From NCBI GenBank assembly GCA_040768745.1, contig JAXGMI010000001.1, positions 1,664,001-1,728,000 of the forward strand: DNA of 64,000 nt, in the 5' to 3' direction. The notes below the pieces were generated by a model, which saw only the letters and a program-made list of their open reading frames with translations, was not told the origin of the DNA and made no database searches. Within the stretch, counting starts at the first letter, position 1. The number at the start of each line of letters is the position of its first letter. Below are positions 61,895 to 64,000 of this stretch, piece by piece. Made by a program: the position numbers and the translations under genes. The DNA is from Desulfomicrobium sp. (GTDB taxonomy: Bacteria > Desulfobacterota > Desulfovibrionia > Desulfovibrionales > Desulfomicrobiaceae).

Positions 61895-62344
61895 ATGAGC
61901 AATTACAGAATGAAACTGGATAAGACACGCTGCATCCACTGCAAGGCCTGCGAGGTGCACTGCAAGGTCAAGAACAATAATCCCGTGGGTATCAAATTCG
62001 CGGTGCACACTTCCGCCGGTCCGGAACAGAAGGACGGCAGGATCGTGCTCAAGGCTTCGTTCCGCAGCTGCTATCACTGCGACGACCCGGCCTGCGTGGA
62101 AGCCTGCCCGACCGAGGCCATGGTCCGCCGGGAGTCCGATGGGCTGGTCTATGTCAGGAAGGATCTGTGCATCGGTTGTGAATCGTGCATCGCGGCCTGC
62201 CCGTGGAACATTCCTGTCCTGTTCGAAGAGGAGAACGTGGTCGGCAAGTGCGACTACTGCATGGACCGTCTGGACGCCGGACTGGAGCCGGCCTGCGTCA
62301 CGGCGTGCACCACCCATGCCCTCAAGCTGGAGCGCAAGAAATAA
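61895..62344 (+). CDS. 4Fe-4S dicluster electron-transfer subunit (PhsB/DmsB-like)
   Basis: CIHCKACEVHC, CYHCDDPACVEACP, CIGCESCIAACP, KCDYC...PACVTAC. Confidence 0.92.
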   Translation: MSNYRMKLDKTRCIHCKACEVHCKVKNNNPVGIKFAVHTSAGPEQKDGRIVLKASFRSCYHCDDPACVEACPTEAMVRRESDGLVYVRKDLCIGCESCIAACPWNIPVLFEEENVVGKCDYCMDRLDAGLEPACVTACTTHALKLERKK

Positions 62345-62366
62345 GTCCGGTTTCTCCCTCCCGGTC

Positions 62367-62402
62367 AGCCCCTGCACCATAGGTCCAGGGGCTTTTCTTT
62401 TT
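62367..62402 (+). terminator. Terminator after the PhsB-like gene
   Basis: AGCCCCTG...CAGGGGCT followed by TTTCTTTTT. Confidence 0.8.
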
Positions 62403-62422
62403 GGTCTGCCGGGCGTTGCGTG

Positions 62423-63547
62423 TCATGTCATCTGTGTGATGGTCTTGCGGAATCGTCGTAGGGCGATGACAAAAAAAATGCCGCCAATGAGAGCCAATGC
62501 CAGAACCTGGGGCCAGACCACATCGAACCCTGCTCCCCTGTACAGAATGGCCTGAGCGGCCGCAACGAAGTGCGTGGTCGGCACGATTTCCATCGCATGC
62601 TGCACGAATGCCGGCATGCTCTCGCGCGGAGTCACACCGCCCGAGAGCATCTGCATGGGCAGCAGGATAAGAATCGTCAGAAGTCCGAACTGCGGCATGC
62701 TGCGGGCCACGGTGGCCATGAGGATGCCCAGAGAGGAGGCCACGAACAGATGCAGGCCGGCTACGGCCAGGAACAGGGGCACCGATCCCTCGATGGGCAC
62801 CTTCAGCAGGCCCTGCACGATGTATTGCAAGGAAAACGCGGTCCCCAGAAAAACGACAAGGCCTGTGGACCACACTTTGGCCAGCATGACCTCGGCCGGT
62901 TTGACCGGCATGACGAGCAGGTGCTCGATGGTGCCATGTTCGCGTTCGCGGATGAGGGCGGCTCCGGCCAGGATAATGGCCAGCATGGTCACGTTGTCGA
63001 TGATCTTCATGACCGACCCGAACCAGGACTGGGTCAGGGCCGGGTTGAAGCGCACGCGCAAGGCCAATTCCACCGGCTGAGCCTGACTTACCCGGAAGTG
63101 CTGCACAAACTCGTTCACCTCGCCCAGCACGATCTGCTGGATATGGCCGCTGCCCGTGAAGGCCTGGCTCATGCGCGTGGCATCGACATTGAGCTGGACT
63201 GCGGGTGAACGTCCGGCCAGCACGTCCCGCTGGAAGTTCGGCGGGATGTTGAGCGAGAACGTATACACCCCGGCATCCAGCCCTGCATCGACCTCGGCCA
63301 GGCTCACCTTCTGGGGCGGCATGAACTGCGGCGGAAAAAAGGCCGAGGTGATGCGCGCCGAAAGGGGCGAGTCGTCCTCGTCGACGATGGAGATGGGCAC
63401 TTTGTTCAGCTGTTCCGGCATGGCCGTCGCAGCGATATGGATCTGGAAGGTGAAACTGTAGATGATCAGGACCAGCATGAAGGGGTCCCGAGCCAGGCTC
63501 CAGAGTTCCTTGACGCCCAGATGCCCAACGTTGGAAAGCCTGCTCAT
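62423..63547 (-). CDS. ABC-2 permease, YhhJ-like
   Basis: LGVKELWSL.RD, DEDDS.LS, NVDATRMSQA, REREHGTIEHLLVMP, ARSMPQ. Confidence 0.9.
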   Translation of the reverse strand: MSRLSNVGHLGVKELWSLARDPFMLVLIIYSFTFQIHIAATAMPEQLNKVPISIVDEDDSPLSARITSAFFPPQFMPPQKVSLAEVDAGLDAGVYTFSLNIPPNFQRDVLAGRSPAVQLNVDATRMSQAFTGSGHIQQIVLGEVNEFVQHFRVSQAQPVELALRVRFNPALTQSWFGSVMKIIDNVTMLAIILAGAALIREREHGTIEHLLVMPVKPAEVMLAKVWSTGLVVFLGTAFSLQYIVQGLLKVPIEGSVPLFLAVAGLHLFVASSLGILMATVARSMPQFGLLTILILLPMQMLSGGVTPRESMPAFVQHAMEIVPTTHFVAAAQAILYRGAGFDVVWPQVLALALIGGIFFVIALRRFRKTITQMT

Positions 63548-63549
63548 GC

Positions 63550-64000
63550 TCACCGCTCCTGCTTCTTGAGGAGAATGACGGCCAGCCAGATGACGGCCAG
63601 AGCGGCCAGAATCATGGGGGCGAAGGTCTGGTCCAGGTCGCGCATGCCCAGGGCCTTGTTGAACACTCCACGGCAGATGGTCAGGTAATGGCTCGCGGGG
63701 TATATTTCGCCAATGAAACGTCCCGCCCCTTCGAGGGAGGACACGGGGTTGATCATGCCCGCGAACTGGATGGCCGGCAGCATGCTGCCGATCATGGTGA
63801 AGAACATGGCCGCGATCTGGCTTTTGGTGAAGGTGGAGGCGAGCAGCCCGAATCCAGTGGCAAAACACACAAAAATGAACGTGGCCAGGGTCAGAGTGAC
63901 AAAGCTGCCTTTGATGGGCACTCCGAACAGGGTCACAGCCACAAAGCTCAGCAGCAGAAAATTCGCCATTCCCAGCACGAGGTAGGGCAACTGCTTGCCG
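63550..64000 (-). CDS. rbbA: C-terminal permease part of an RbbA-like ATPase/transporter (5' end lies beyond the window)
   Basis: GKQLPY, FGVP.KGSF, S.F..SQIAA.F, P.SSLEG, LLKKQE; directly upstream of the yhhJ-like gene. Confidence 0.85.
   Translation of the reverse strand, partial: GKQLPYLVLGMANFLLLSFVAVTLFGVPIKGSFVTLTLATFIFVCFATGFGLLASTFTKSQIAAMFFTMIGSMLPAIQFAGMINPVSSLEGAGRFIGEIYPASHYLTICRGVFNKALGMRDLDQTFAPMILAALAVIWLAVILLKKQER

Overview
Mostly core-genome window from a GC-rich sulfate-reducing deltaproteobacterium (Desulfovibrionales-like, inferred from the ahbC-hemB-ahbD-ahbA heme cluster, short PutA and soluble PhsAB-type enzyme). In order: 5'-truncated bioA; a tandem duplication of an IT-superfamily Na+/H+ antiporter-like gene plus universal stress protein; a sigma54-dependent ZraP/ZraS/ZraR-like system divergent from a 55-aa MCxxCGC/His-rich micro-protein and a short-form CbiX/SirB chelatase; a perfect 19-bp tandem repeat; a nitrite/sulfite-reductase C-terminal fragment; Lrp regulator plus putA; ahb heme genes and rpe; fliC-fliD-fliS; the rpsB-tsf-pyrH-frr-uppS-cdsA-dxr-rseP-tsaB cluster; rnj; a divergent EF-G paralog; a ParB-like plus SPL-like radical SAM pair; a long minus-strand run from an LpoA-like lipoprotein through gatCA, mnmA, mtaB, yicC, remA, gmk and pyrF to a PilZ-REC-LuxR regulator; dnaK; a Gld-like ABC system; HesB, arfB, YitT, an NlpC/P60 lipoprotein, PhsA/B-like genes and yhhJ/rbbA. 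I saw no CRISPR array, rRNA, tRNA or transposase. The best candidates for undescribed biology are (1) the stand-alone HypB-like metal-binding peptide paired with CbiX(S), (2) a regulator with two different c-di-GMP-binding motifs, and (3) an RBS-occluding hairpin that begins in the bioA stop codon. All calls come from motif recognition by eye; no database searches were run.
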